Shown: positions 20,495 through 31,250, counted from the stretch's first letter. The stretch: DNA of 64,000 bases from Thermodesulfobacteriota bacterium (GCA_965216785.1 OZ244197.1:288001-352000), one strand, 5' to 3'. The notes: generated from the letters alone by a model not told the origin. Program-made: numbers and translations.

Positions 20495-21145
20495 ATGAAT
20501 ACAGATCCGTTTAACAAACTAAGGAATTCCTACGCCGAAAAAAGAGAGCAAATCAGAAACAGGCTTTCGGAATTTAGAGAGATTTATGATTCCGGGACGG
20601 ACGAAAGTATATTCGAAGAGCTCGTATTTTGTATTTGCACTGCGGGGGCAAGCGCTAAGATGGGGCTTAAGTCTGTAGAGGCGGCAAGGGATGTTTTAAT
20701 AGAGGGGAGCTTAAAAACGCTCAGGCAAAGGCTCACCGGGGCGCATCGTTTTCCGAACAAGAGACCCGAATACATAATACACACAAGGGAGTATCTTAAA
20801 GCAGAGCATGGATTTAAATTAAAAGAGCTTATAAATTCCCTTGAAGACCCGCTGGAAAGAAGAGAGTTTTTCGCAGCTAACAAGAATATCAAAGGTATTG
20901 GATATAAAGAGGCAAGCCATTTCCTGAGAAACATCGGATTTTCAGGATACGGTATTTTAGACAAGCACATACTGAACACAATGCATGATTACGGAATTGT
21001 TAAAAGCCCGAAACCTCCTGCAAAGAGGGACGATTATCTTTCACTTGAAAGAAAGCTGATAAGATTTTCTGAAGATATTGGCATACACATAGATGAATTT
21101 GATTTACTTCTATGGAGCGAGAAGACGGGAGAGATACTTAAGTAG
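20495..21145 (+). CDS. ogg: N-glycosylase/DNA lyase (8-oxoguanine glycosylase, Ogg2-type)
   Basis: ELVFCICT, HRFPN, HhH motif KGIGYKEASHFLRNIG, ILDKH, DLLLW. Confidence 0.9.
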   Translation: MNTDPFNKLRNSYAEKREQIRNRLSEFREIYDSGTDESIFEELVFCICTAGASAKMGLKSVEAARDVLIEGSLKTLRQRLTGAHRFPNKRPEYIIHTREYLKAEHGFKLKELINSLEDPLERREFFAANKNIKGIGYKEASHFLRNIGFSGYGILDKHILNTMHDYGIVKSPKPPAKRDDYLSLERKLIRFSEDIGIHIDEFDLLLWSEKTGEILK

Positions 21146-21165
21146 CGAACAGCCGAGTTAAGTTG

Positions 21166-22539
21166 TCATTTACCCATACTTCTGGCGCTCTTACCGCTCC
21201 GCCAGTGCTCCTCGATTTCTTCCAAGCTCAGCCCCTTAGTCTCCGGCATAAAATAATAAACGTAGAGCCAGGCTACGACACATAATACGGCATAAAGCCA
21301 GAAAGTGTAAGACCTGCCGATGGCCTCAATCAGGCTAAGAAACGTGAGCGTAACGAGTAAATACATAGCCCAAATGACCGCTGTTGCCACACTCATCGCA
21401 ATAGCCCTTATCTTAAGAGGATATATTTCGGCTATTACGAGCTGAACGATAGTACCCGGACCGATCGTCCAAGCCGCTACAAAAAACAACAGGCTAGCTA
21501 CCGCAATGTAGCCCAGCAGGTTTCCCTGAGACTTTGGCAGATAGAACGTAAGACCCAAGACAGCCAAACCTATAAGCATGCCCACAAGCCCAGTAAGCAT
21601 AAGCGGTCTTCTGCCCAATTTGTCCACAAGCTTCATAGCAACTAAAGACATAATGACGAATACAACGCCAAGCGCTACTGTCTCAAGGATCGCCGTTGAT
21701 GCCGAGTGAAACCCCGCAAGCTCGAATATGGTCGGAGCATAGAATGTCGCTAGACTAAGGCCTGTCAGCTGTCTTATAGCCGCAAGCCCTAGCCCAAGTA
21801 CGAGTGCCGGTTTTACTACAGGGCTTAAGAGCTCGCGCCAGCCGTGCTGTGACTGTTTTAAGACATTCTCTATACAAGATAGCTCTTCCTCAACATCGTT
21901 AGTCCCCCTTAAAAGGACAAGGGCGTCCCTTGCTTTATCCTCATAGCCGTGTTTAAGGAGCCATCTGGGGCTTTTAGGGAGAAAGAACATGCCTATAAAC
22001 AGGAAAAAAGCGGGGATGAGACCCACTGCAAACATAAGACGCCACCGCCCGTAAGCCGAAAATATGTAATCCACAAGGTAGGAGATAAGCACGCCTGAAA
22101 GGATTGCTACCACAAAAATGGAAACCAGCATTCCCCTACTTTTAGGAGAGGAGATTTCAGATATATATAGCGGGACGGCAAACGAAGCCAGGCCGAAAGC
22201 GGCGCCGACCACGATCCTTGAAATAATGAGCCAAAACGTATCCGGAGTTAAAACAGTGCCTAAAACCCCTATGAATGAAATTACGGCGCTCAACATTAAA
22301 ACCCTCCGGCGCCCTAAACGGTCGGCCAGTCTACCCCCGAGCCCCGCGCCGATCATAGCGCCGAACAATGTCGAGCTTAACACTAGCTCCTGCATCCATG
22401 TGGTGAGCCCAAATTCTTTCTTAATGAATAGGATTGCCCCTGCAACGCCGGCAAGGTCGTAGCCGTAGATCATCCCGCCGAGTGAAGAGACGGCCGCCGC
22501 GAATATAAGGATTTTATTGTTGTTTTTAGAATTTGGCAT
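21166..22539 (-). CDS. Sugar porter family MFS transporter
   Basis: GYD in TM1, DRLGRR, YISEIS, PKSPRWL, AEIYP, PETKG. Confidence 0.93.
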   Translation of the reverse strand: MPNSKNNNKILIFAAAVSSLGGMIYGYDLAGVAGAILFIKKEFGLTTWMQELVLSSTLFGAMIGAGLGGRLADRLGRRRVLMLSAVISFIGVLGTVLTPDTFWLIISRIVVGAAFGLASFAVPLYISEISSPKSRGMLVSIFVVAILSGVLISYLVDYIFSAYGRWRLMFAVGLIPAFFLFIGMFFLPKSPRWLLKHGYEDKARDALVLLRGTNDVEEELSCIENVLKQSQHGWRELLSPVVKPALVLGLGLAAIRQLTGLSLATFYAPTIFELAGFHSASTAILETVALGVVFVIMSLVAMKLVDKLGRRPLMLTGLVGMLIGLAVLGLTFYLPKSQGNLLGYIAVASLLFFVAAWTIGPGTIVQLVIAEIYPLKIRAIAMSVATAVIWAMYLLVTLTFLSLIEAIGRSYTFWLYAVLCVVAWLYVYYFMPETKGLSLEEIEEHWRSGKSARSMGK

Positions 22540-22612
22540 GAAAGATACAATAACAGCCCGGAGAACAAATTGGAATAATATCGTTCAGAGCAGAAATTAA
22601 TTTACCGGGAAC

Positions 22613-23977
22613 CTATTTTTTATGCTTCCAGTTCTGCTGTATATCTTCAAGTTTCTGCCCCTTTGTCTCGGGGATAAAGAAGTAGAAAAGTAGCATAGTC
22701 AGAACCGCGAACACTCCGTAGAGCCAGAAAGCTCCGGAAACCCCTATAAATTTTGTAAGTGTGAGAAAAGTAAGCGTGACAAGAAAGTTCGTAGCCCAGT
22801 TGGTGAGAGAGCCGAGACTCATTGCCTTACCCCTTATTTTTTGTGGATAGATCTCAGCTATCAAGACCCAGAACACAGGCCTCGGCCCGACTGACCAGCA
22901 GCCTATATATAGAAGTAAAGCGCCAACGGCTATCCACTTTGCAAAGCTGGCGCCGCTTGGATAGAGGAATGCAATTCCGAGAAGTCCGAGACTCAAGGTT
23001 ATTCCGCAAAGACCGAAAATCATTAAGGGCCTCCGGCCTACCCTGTCAATTAGCGGAATAGCGACTGCCGACATTATCGTATTCACAACCCCAACTCCCA
23101 CAGTTGCAAGAATTGCGATCGAGGCCGATTTAAAACCGGCAAACTCAACAATAGTGGGTGAATAACCGTATAAAACCACGCTGAACCCGGCAAGCGAGCG
23201 GACAAAAGCAAGTCCTATACCTATGAGTAAAAGTCTTCTTATTGAAGGGTTTAATAGCTCGCTCCACCCACCCTTTTCGCTCACCCCTATTTGAGATAAT
23301 GTCTCTATTTCTTCTTGTTCGTCCACGTTGCCCCTCAGACGGTGAAACGCTTTCCGAGCCTTTTCCTTAAACGAATGGCCCGCAAGCCACCTGGGTGTCT
23401 CGACGCAACGGAGCATCCCGAAAATCAGAACAACCGCCGCAACGGCCTCTAGTCCGAACATTGTGCGCCAGCCCTCTGAAAACGAGAGCACGTAGTCGGC
23501 AAGATACGCGGCAAGCGTTCCCAGGGTTATGGCGAGCGTGTTCACGGTGACCATGCGCCCCCTGACAGAGGCCATTGTAATTTCCGAGATATAAATAGGG
23601 GATATAACAGAGACCATGCCGAGTGAAAGCCCGGTCATGATGCGCCCCGCAATGAGAATAGGTATCGTAGGAGAAAACGCCATAATAAGCGAACCCACCA
23701 AGAAGAGAGCACCCACCCCTATGAGCACTACCCTGCGCCCGATCCTGTCGGCGATTGTACCGCCAAGTGGAGCGCCCACCATGGCGCTTATGAAGAGCGA
23801 GCTTATAACCACCTCTTCCATACCGGAAGACAGCGAGAACTCCTGCTTTATATATAGAATGGCGCCTGAGATTACAGCCGTGTCGTAACCGAATAGGAAC
23901 CCGCCGAACGATGCGATTACGACTGAAAAGTAGAGAAAGAAATTTGGTGTGGATACACTACCGCTATCATTTGCCAT
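22613..23977 (-). CDS. Sugar porter family MFS transporter (second copy)
   Basis: GYDTAVISGA, DRIGRR, ETPRWL, AEIYP, PETKG. Confidence 0.93.
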   Translation of the reverse strand: MANDSGSVSTPNFFLYFSVVIASFGGFLFGYDTAVISGAILYIKQEFSLSSGMEEVVISSLFISAMVGAPLGGTIADRIGRRVVLIGVGALFLVGSLIMAFSPTIPILIAGRIMTGLSLGMVSVISPIYISEITMASVRGRMVTVNTLAITLGTLAAYLADYVLSFSEGWRTMFGLEAVAAVVLIFGMLRCVETPRWLAGHSFKEKARKAFHRLRGNVDEQEEIETLSQIGVSEKGGWSELLNPSIRRLLLIGIGLAFVRSLAGFSVVLYGYSPTIVEFAGFKSASIAILATVGVGVVNTIMSAVAIPLIDRVGRRPLMIFGLCGITLSLGLLGIAFLYPSGASFAKWIAVGALLLYIGCWSVGPRPVFWVLIAEIYPQKIRGKAMSLGSLTNWATNFLVTLTFLTLTKFIGVSGAFWLYGVFAVLTMLLFYFFIPETKGQKLEDIQQNWKHKK

Positions 23978-24062
23978 TTTTATTCCGATATACCACTGCC
24001 GAGCCGCATAATTGTAGCTAAGATACGTGACTCAGTAAATCTCCCGGGATATGGAGATAAAT

Positions 24063-24872
24063 TCAACCCCCCGTTCTAAAAGAGGGATAGAGCATCATGC
24101 CGCCGTCTATATAGAGAGTTTCACCGGTCATGTAGTCTGACTGATCAGACGCTAACCATACGACAGCTTTGGCTACATCCTCGACCTCGCCTATACGTCC
24201 TGCGGGGACGAGCTTTAGGAGACCTTCCATCCCTTCGGGGTTTCCCCAGACAGATTTGTTTATATCGGTTTTAATGGCGCCGGGGGAAACGGCGTTTACC
24301 CTGATGAGCTCGGGGGCAAGCTCCTGCGCAATTGATTTCATGAGCATCCTTACACCCCCCTTGGCTGCCGTATAGTTGGCGTGCCCCGCCCAGGGGATAG
24401 TGTCATGCACAGATGAAATGGCTATGATTTTACCAAGGGCGCGTGATAGCTCAGGGACCATCCCTCTTCTCTTAAACTCACGAACTGCTTCGCGCGAGCA
24501 TAGGAAATGCCCGGTGAGATCAACGGCAAGAGCCTTGTTCCACTGCTCAAGAGTCATTTCGTGAAACGGAGCGTCTACCTGAACTCCAGCGTTATTGACA
24601 AGTATATCTATACTGCCCCACGCATCTACCGCTTGCCGAAACATCTCCTGCACTTCTTGTTCGACGCTCACGTCGGCCTGGACGGCTATTGCCTCTCCGC
24701 CTGCGTCTTTTATCTCATTCACTACGAGAGCGGCTTTATCACCGCCGGCTCGATAGTTTACGACTACTTTGGCCCCTGCCCTGGCCAGCCCAAGAGCAAT
24801 GGACTTTCCTATTCCCGAGCTCGCCCCAGTAACAATGGCGCGCTGTGAGTCAAGAAGCTTCTTACCTTCCAT
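24063..24872 (-). CDS. Glucose 1-dehydrogenase-like SDR
   Basis: TGASSGIG, NNAG, SSVHxxIPW, YTAAKGG, PGAIKTDIN; IDGGMMLYP end typical of Gdh. Confidence 0.85.
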   Translation of the reverse strand: MEGKKLLDSQRAIVTGASSGIGKSIALGLARAGAKVVVNYRAGGDKAALVVNEIKDAGGEAIAVQADVSVEQEVQEMFRQAVDAWGSIDILVNNAGVQVDAPFHEMTLEQWNKALAVDLTGHFLCSREAVREFKRRGMVPELSRALGKIIAISSVHDTIPWAGHANYTAAKGGVRMLMKSIAQELAPELIRVNAVSPGAIKTDINKSVWGNPEGMEGLLKLVPAGRIGEVEDVAKAVVWLASDQSDYMTGETLYIDGGMMLYPSFRTGG

Positions 24873-24892
24873 GTAGACAACCTCCAGTGAGT

Positions 24893-27800
24893 TTAAGCTG
24901 CCCTTTTTGATCCGTGCTCTCTGAGATTCTCAATAATCACATAAAAAACCGGCACTACAATCAAGCTAAGCATAGTGGAAAGAATCATACCGCCGAACAC
25001 CGCCGTTCCTAGAGAATGCCGGCTTGCAGCCCCCGCCCCTGAGGCTATGACGAGCGGGAACACACCCAGGATAAACGCGAACGCCGTCATAAGAATTGGA
25101 CGGAGCCTGATCATCGCGGCCTGCATGGCGGCATCTGTGATAGAGAGCCCCTCTTCCCTTCGTTGTTTAGCGAACTCTACTATTAGGATTGCGTTTTTAC
25201 TGGCGAGACCTATTAACATTACTAGCCCAATCTGACAGTAAACGTCATTTGAGAGCCCCCTTAGGTACTGTGCGAATACCGCGCCCAGAAGCGCAAGCGG
25301 AACTGCTAGCATTACCATAAACGGCATGGCCCAGCTCTCATACAGGGCCGCAAGGAAAAGGAATACGAATACGATAGACAGCGCGAAGATCAGCGGCGCC
25401 AGGTTCCCAGCCTTTATCTCCTGATAGGACACCCCGGACCACTCATATCCCATCCCCTCAGGCAATATCTCGTCAGAGAGCTTCTCCATGGCTGCTATAG
25501 CCTGCCCTGAGCTGTACCCCGGGGCAGAGTCGCCGTCTATCTCTGTAGAGCGGTAGAGGTTATAGTGGCTAATAGTCTCAGGACCTACGATCTCACTTAT
25601 CTCAATGAGCGTACCGAGAGGAACCATCCCCCCAAACTCGCTCCTTACGTAGAGCCTGGAGATGTCCTCAGCCGTCGTCCTATAACTGTCCTCAGCCTGA
25701 ATGAACACCCTGTACACCCTGCCGAACTTATTAAAATCATTCACATAAAGAGAGCCCAGATATGCCTGCAGGGTGTCAAACACATCTGTTATGCTGACGC
25801 CTTGGGTCTTTGCTTTTGTACGGTCAAGGGTGATGTAGATCCCGGGGACGTTTGCGGTAAAAGTGCTGAAAAGGCCGACAAGCTCATCGCTCGCATTCCC
25901 TTTCTCGACCATCTCGCCCATGATTTCAGCCAGCTTTTCAAGTCCTAAGTCTCCCCTGTCCTGAAGCTCGTACTGAAAACCACCGGTCGAGCTTAGGCCT
26001 TGGATAGGCGGTGCGTTAAAGGGGACGATAATAGCGCCCTGAATTGAGGCGAACTCCTTTCTCGCCTGCGCAATCAGAGCGGTCACTCCGAGAGACTTCT
26101 TCTTTCTCTTGTCCCACGGTGCGAGCACCGCGAACATAGCGCCCGAGTTTGAATCAGAGCTTGAGGTAAGAAAGTTAAGCCCGACGATCTGAATCACGTG
26201 ATCAACACCCTTCATGTTCTTTAGCATTTCATAAGCTTTTTCCATAGTTTTCTGGGTCCGCTGAAGGGAAGCCCCCTCAGGCCCCTGGACATTAACGATA
26301 AAATAGCCTTGGTCTTCTTCGGGCACAAACCCCGTCGGGACAATGGTGAACATAAGGTATGTGCACACCATGAGCACCGCGAACACAGCAACCACGATCT
26401 TCCACCAGTCAGTAAGATACTGAAGCCACTTTTGGTAACGGTCCTTAAACCAGTCAAAACCCTGGTCGAATTTCTTATATAGGTAGAATTTCTCGCCCGT
26501 TGTTTTCCTTAGGAACAGCGCGCAAAGAGCGGGACTCAACGTCAGCGCGTTAATAGTAGAGATACCGACAGCGCATGCGATAGTGAGCGCGAATTGGCGG
26601 TATAGCTGTCCAGTAATGCCGGGCATGAAAGAGACGGGGACAAACACGGCCATCAACACGAGCGAGGTAGCCACGATCGGGCTTGTAACCTCTTTCATGG
26701 CGGCGCTTGTGGCCTCTTTTGAAGAGACCCCCTCCTCATCAATTAACCTAGAAACGTTCTCAACCACGACGATTGCATCGTCCACCACAAGACCGATCGC
26801 CAGCACTAGGCCGAAAAGAGTAAGCGTATTTATAGAAAAACCCAGGGCGTTTATGAGTGCGAACGTACCTATCAATGACACAGGAATAGTGATCGCGGGA
26901 ATAAGAGTCGCCCTGAAATTCTGAAGGAATACGAACACAACTATGAATACGAGTATGAAAGCTTCAAAGAGGGTGATAATCACCTCTGAAATAGAGGCTG
27001 TTACGAACTTTGTAGTATCGTATATGATGGCGTAATCAACACCCGAGGGGAAGTCTTCCTTAAGATCCTCCATCTTGGCCCTGATTTCAGTAGCAACATT
27101 AAGGGCGTTTGCGCCGGGAAGCTGGTAGATACCGATGCCCACCGTCTGACCGCCGTCGAGTGTAGCCGAAGTCTCGTAGTTCTCGGCGCCAAGATCTACC
27201 CGGCCTATGTCGCTTATCCTGACTACCGAGCCGTCCGGATTTGCTACGACGATTATGTCCTCGAACTGCTCTACGTTTTCAAGCCTGCCGAGGGTCGTTA
27301 TCGTGTACTGAAACTGTTGGCCTTCGGGTACGGGGGGCTCGCCTATCGAGCCTGCGGCCACCTGGGTGTTTTGCTCCGAGATGGCGTTTGTAACGTCTGT
27401 AGCGGTCAGGCCCAGAGATGCGAGCTTATCGGGATCCATCCATACGCGCATCGAGTACTCGCGCTGGCCCCAGATGGTTATATTCCCGACGCCCGGGATA
27501 CGCTTTAAGACGTCTGAGATGTGAATGTCTATGTAGTTACTTAAGAATAGGTCGTCCCTAGTGCCGTCGGGGGAGATCATGTTTACCGCGAGAATAAGGC
27601 TCGTCGACTGCTTATCAACGGATATACCGTACTGGCTTACCTCCTGGGGGACTCTCGGTGTAGCGAGCTGTACTCTGTTCTGGACGTCCACGGCGGCGAT
27701 GTCCAGGTCATAGCCTATCTCAAACGTCACGTTAAGGGACATAGTGCCGTCGTTTGAGCTGTAGGACTGCATGTAGGTCATGCCCTCAACGCCGTTTACC

Positions 27801-28003
27801 TGCTCTTCAATAGGGATGGTTACGGTCTCTTCGACCACCTCGGCGCTCGCTCCGGTGAACGTGGCGGACACGTTTACCGTGGGGGGGCTGATCTCGGGGA
27901 ACTGGGCAATGGGGAGTATAGGGATAGAGATACCGCCTATAAGTGTTATCAGGATTGCTACTACGGTAGCTAGTACGGGGCGGTTAATAAAAAAATCAAC
28001 CAA
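24893..28003 (-). CDS. RND (HAE1) efflux permease
   Basis: FFINRPV start, GLVVDDAIVVVEN, SKNAILIVEFA, RLRPILMT; proton-relay residues intact. Confidence 0.97.
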   Translation of the reverse strand: MVDFFINRPVLATVVAILITLIGGISIPILPIAQFPEISPPTVNVSATFTGASAEVVEETVTIPIEEQVNGVEGMTYMQSYSSNDGTMSLNVTFEIGYDLDIAAVDVQNRVQLATPRVPQEVSQYGISVDKQSTSLILAVNMISPDGTRDDLFLSNYIDIHISDVLKRIPGVGNITIWGQREYSMRVWMDPDKLASLGLTATDVTNAISEQNTQVAAGSIGEPPVPEGQQFQYTITTLGRLENVEQFEDIIVVANPDGSVVRISDIGRVDLGAENYETSATLDGGQTVGIGIYQLPGANALNVATEIRAKMEDLKEDFPSGVDYAIIYDTTKFVTASISEVIITLFEAFILVFIVVFVFLQNFRATLIPAITIPVSLIGTFALINALGFSINTLTLFGLVLAIGLVVDDAIVVVENVSRLIDEEGVSSKEATSAAMKEVTSPIVATSLVLMAVFVPVSFMPGITGQLYRQFALTIACAVGISTINALTLSPALCALFLRKTTGEKFYLYKKFDQGFDWFKDRYQKWLQYLTDWWKIVVAVFAVLMVCTYLMFTIVPTGFVPEEDQGYFIVNVQGPEGASLQRTQKTMEKAYEMLKNMKGVDHVIQIVGLNFLTSSSDSNSGAMFAVLAPWDKRKKKSLGVTALIAQARKEFASIQGAIIVPFNAPPIQGLSSTGGFQYELQDRGDLGLEKLAEIMGEMVEKGNASDELVGLFSTFTANVPGIYITLDRTKAKTQGVSITDVFDTLQAYLGSLYVNDFNKFGRVYRVFIQAEDSYRTTAEDISRLYVRSEFGGMVPLGTLIEISEIVGPETISHYNLYRSTEIDGDSAPGYSSGQAIAAMEKLSDEILPEGMGYEWSGVSYQEIKAGNLAPLIFALSIVFVFLFLAALYESWAMPFMVMLAVPLALLGAVFAQYLRGLSNDVYCQIGLVMLIGLASKNAILIVEFAKQRREEGLSITDAAMQAAMIRLRPILMTAFAFILGVFPLVIASGAGAASRHSLGTAVFGGMILSTMLSLIVVPVFYVIIENLREHGSKRAA

Positions 28004-28039
28004 AATAAATCTCCTTAGGTTTTATAATAAAGCGCTTAT

Positions 28040-29260
28040 CTACTTCTTATCATTGCCCGTGGGCTTTGGTGAAGCCGAAGGTTTTTCTTTCATTTCTTTT
28101 GCCTTGGCCTCTGCCTGAGCTTCGGTCTCGGTCTTAACGGTGAGTCCGGGCTTAATCCTCTGAAGCCCGTCTATGACTACCATCTCGCCTTCTGTAAGAC
28201 CCTTTTCTATGATCCGCTCCTCCTCGACTGAAGAGCCCGCGGTTACGGCCCGGAACTCGATCTTATTGTCCTTTCCGACGACGTAAACGAACGTATCGCC
28301 CTGCTGCTCACCCACAGCATTTTGGGGTACGACTATAGTGTTCGGGCGCTCTTTTAATAGAAGCTTTACCTTCGCGTACTGGCCCGGAAGAAGAGTCTTG
28401 GCAGAGTTTGGGATAATGGCCCTCATCTCCACGGTGCCCGTCGTGACGTCGATCTGGTTGTCTATGAAATCCACCTCTCCGTCTTCTGGATGGGTGCTGC
28501 CGTCTGATAGGATTATGCTCGCCGTAAGCGGCTTTTTATTCTGCTCCGTAAGCACCTGTGTGGTGTCGCGCTCGGCGACGCTGAAGTATACGTATATGGG
28601 GTCCAGCTTTACCAGGGTGGCAAGCTCGGTTGCCTCGCTCGCCCCTACAAGGTTCCCCACGTCCACCATACGCCTTCCAATGCGGCCGTCAAAGGGGGCA
28701 TTCATAGTACAGTAGCTGAGGTTAAGCTCGGCCTGTATCACGTTTGCGCGTGAGGCCTCTACCAATGCCCTCGCCTCTTTAGCCTGGGTTATAAACTGGT
28801 CGTATTCGTCCCTCGTTACGTAGTCTTTTTCCACGAGCGGCTCATAGCGTACCACCTGCTCCTTAGCGTAGGAAAGCGCCGCAAGGTTTTCGGCAAGCTC
28901 GGCCCGGGCCTCAAGCAAAGAAGCCTCAAAGGGCCTAGGGTCTATGACGAATAGAAGGTCCCCAGCCGAAACGTCAGAGCCGTCAACGAACGCTCTTTCT
29001 ATTAAGAAACCCTCGACGCGGGCGTTGATCGTAACTGACTCGATCGACTGCGCGAGCCCGACGTACTCAAGGTAGATGGGGACGGTCTCTTTTTTCACCT
29101 CGGCCACGGTCACGAGAGGCGTCGGCATCTTCTGCTCCTTATCCCCCTTGCCGCACCCTACCGGGACGATCAGAGTTACGAGCAGGCCAAGCACTAAAAA
29201 TAACGTAAGTCCCGCGCCCACCCATTTAGAAGCTCTAAATTTCTTACCTAGATATTTCAT
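28040..29260 (-). CDS. RND periplasmic adaptor (membrane fusion protein), lipoprotein
   Basis: VGC lipobox, ARVEG, APFDGRIG, LLPGQY. Confidence 0.95.
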   Translation of the reverse strand: MKYLGKKFRASKWVGAGLTLFLVLGLLVTLIVPVGCGKGDKEQKMPTPLVTVAEVKKETVPIYLEYVGLAQSIESVTINARVEGFLIERAFVDGSDVSAGDLLFVIDPRPFEASLLEARAELAENLAALSYAKEQVVRYEPLVEKDYVTRDEYDQFITQAKEARALVEASRANVIQAELNLSYCTMNAPFDGRIGRRMVDVGNLVGASEATELATLVKLDPIYVYFSVAERDTTQVLTEQNKKPLTASIILSDGSTHPEDGEVDFIDNQIDVTTGTVEMRAIIPNSAKTLLPGQYAKVKLLLKERPNTIVVPQNAVGEQQGDTFVYVVGKDNKIEFRAVTAGSSVEEERIIEKGLTEGEMVVIDGLQRIKPGLTVKTETEAQAEAKAKEMKEKPSASPKPTGNDKK

Positions 29261-30752
29261 CCGTAGTCTCCAATTCCTCTACTTGTTCTACTTGAACTTC
29301 TTCTACCTCTATCTCGGGCGAGGGTAGCTCCGTACCTATGGCATTGATCAGATCCGCATAGGAGGTAAATACCGAGGTTTTCGCCCCTACCTGCTCGGCG
29401 CGGGCCTCCGCAAGCAGCGTTTGTGCGTTAAGCAGCTCCACTATGTCACCCACTCCCGAACGGTAACGGGCAAGTGAGGCGTCGTATGACTCAATTGAGC
29501 TTTCGAGCAGTGTAGTCGCCGCGTCGAGCGATTGCACTGCCGTCCTGAAATTGTAGTAAGCGTCCCAAACTTCTTCTATGACAATCTGCTCCTGAAGCCT
29601 TAGCGCGGCGCGCGCGGATTCAAGCTCAGCGTCTGCTTCACGTACAGAGTTGATTATCGTAAACCCTTGAAAGATAGGCATTGTGAGCTGAAGACCGAAA
29701 AGATAATTTGTGAAAAAGTCGTCTGATCCTCCGTCAGGTCTCACCCACCACCTAAACGCCTGCGCGGTAGCTGAAATCTCGGGAAAGAACTCGCTCCTGG
29801 CCTCCCTTAATTCGGCCTGTCTCTCCCTTACTGTAGCCTGTACGGCGGCGACATCGGGTCTGTTTTCCATTGCAAGGTCTATGAGATCGTCAACGTTATC
29901 CGATAGGGCCTGCGCGGGGAGATCGTCAATGTCCTGCGCCACATCAAAATCGGTATTAGCGGGCCAGCCTACGTCGGTCGCAAGCTCTCCCCTGAATATT
30001 TCTACGTTCCCTCTGTCCTCAACTAGATCGAGCTGGACCTGGGAGAGAGTCGCCCGTGCCTGGAGCACATCGGGAAGCGTGCCCACTCCCGCCTCCAGCC
30101 TGAGCTCGGCGGCCTCGAGGCTCGTCTGGGCCTCTTCCATGTTAACCTCATCAGCTATCACAAGCGCTTTACTGCCAATGTAGTTATAGAAAGAGACCGC
30201 CACTTCATTAATTACGTCCTGTATAGCCTGGTTCTGGTTCCAGTTGGCGTTCATTAGAGCCATTTTTGCCGCTTCGACTTCAGCCTCCCTGCCGCCAAAA
30301 TCAAATAGCAGATAGTTTAACGTAGCGCCTACGTTTCCCGACTGCTCATCGAAAGCGCCGATCCCTGATGTTGAGCCTCCACCCCTTGAATATCCATAGT
30401 TTGCGGTGCCGCTTATTTGTGGATAGTACAGACCCCTTGCCTGAGCCCACGCGGCGGCGGCGGCCCTGGCCTCTTCCCAGGCTTGCTGAGTAGTGGGATT
30501 GTGCACGAGCGCTTCGTCGATGAGCTGAGAAAGTAAAAGCTCATCCGACTGTGGTTCGAGCTCTTCAGGAAGCGTGGGTAATTCCTCAAGAATGAAGGCC
30601 TTTTCACGCTCCTTCGCGCTCGGCTCCCACTCTTCTCCCGGCTCGGGGGAGGCTTGCTCATAGGGGTTAAGCTCGGGAATACCGTCGGCACAGGATTGCA
30701 GCAGAGCCGTAGCAAATATAGTAAAAACTAGAAAAGCTATTAGCCTATACAA
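29244..30752 (-). CDS. TolC-family outer membrane efflux lipoprotein
   Basis: Lipobox LQSC, ALVHNP, LFDFGGR, RPDV, RYRSGVG; two OEP repeats. Confidence 0.93.
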   Translation of the reverse strand: MYRLIAFLVFTIFATALLQSCADGIPELNPYEQASPEPGEEWEPSAKEREKAFILEELPTLPEELEPQSDELLLSQLIDEALVHNPTTQQAWEEARAAAAAWAQARGLYYPQISGTANYGYSRGGGSTSGIGAFDEQSGNVGATLNYLLFDFGGREAEVEAAKMALMNANWNQNQAIQDVINEVAVSFYNYIGSKALVIADEVNMEEAQTSLEAAELRLEAGVGTLPDVLQARATLSQVQLDLVEDRGNVEIFRGELATDVGWPANTDFDVAQDIDDLPAQALSDNVDDLIDLAMENRPDVAAVQATVRERQAELREARSEFFPEISATAQAFRWWVRPDGGSDDFFTNYLFGLQLTMPIFQGFTIINSVREADAELESARAALRLQEQIVIEEVWDAYYNFRTAVQSLDAATTLLESSIESYDASLARYRSGVGDIVELLNAQTLLAEARAEQVGAKTSVFTSYADLINAIGTELPSPEIEVEEVQVEQVEELETTDEISR

Positions 30753-30896
30753 ATCGAATCTCCAGATTGAGTGAAAGGTTGAGAGTACATAAATGAGCTT
30801 ATATATCTTACTTTGAAACTCTGCAGAATTACACGAAATAATAATATGTTTCCGTGACTATTGTCAAGGAGGGCGTTTTAAGTGAAAAGAGGCGCG

Positions 30897-31211
30897 TTAC
30901 GGGGCCCCTGTATCTTTATTGATCCTGTCTGCTGTTTGCTTGGCGTCGATCATTGAGACGACCACAAGTACCGTGCCCGCAAACCCGTACGCTAGAAATA
31001 AGAAAATATCGGGTCTATCCATTAGTGGGCCGCTTGAGCCGAATACAAGCGCGAACGGCTCGCTGATGAGATAACTAATACCGAAATTAAGGGCGAGAAG
31101 AAGTAGGCCCTTTAGAATCTGGTTATTATATATCTGCCCGAGTCCGGGCAGTACGGCGGAAAGCAAGAGGGCAAGTATGGGATTTTTTAGTTTAGATTTG
31201 TTATTGCTCAT
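30897..31211 (-). CDS. Small membrane protein (TM2/DUF5683-like)
   Basis: KNPILALLLSAVLPGLGQIYN motif. Confidence 0.7.
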   Translation of the reverse strand: MSNNKSKLKNPILALLLSAVLPGLGQIYNNQILKGLLLLALNFGISYLISEPFALVFGSSGPLMDRPDIFLFLAYGFAGTVLVVVSMIDAKQTADRINKDTGAP

Positions 31212-31250
31212 TTAGTGTATGGACTCTAAATTCATTTCATTGATATAGTT

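Noticed and set aside
24893-30752. RND cluster looks GC-richer than tamB, suggesting horizontal transfer
   Set aside because: Spot counts in ribBA are as high or higher. There are no mobility genes or boundary repeats, so the difference is explained by gene class.
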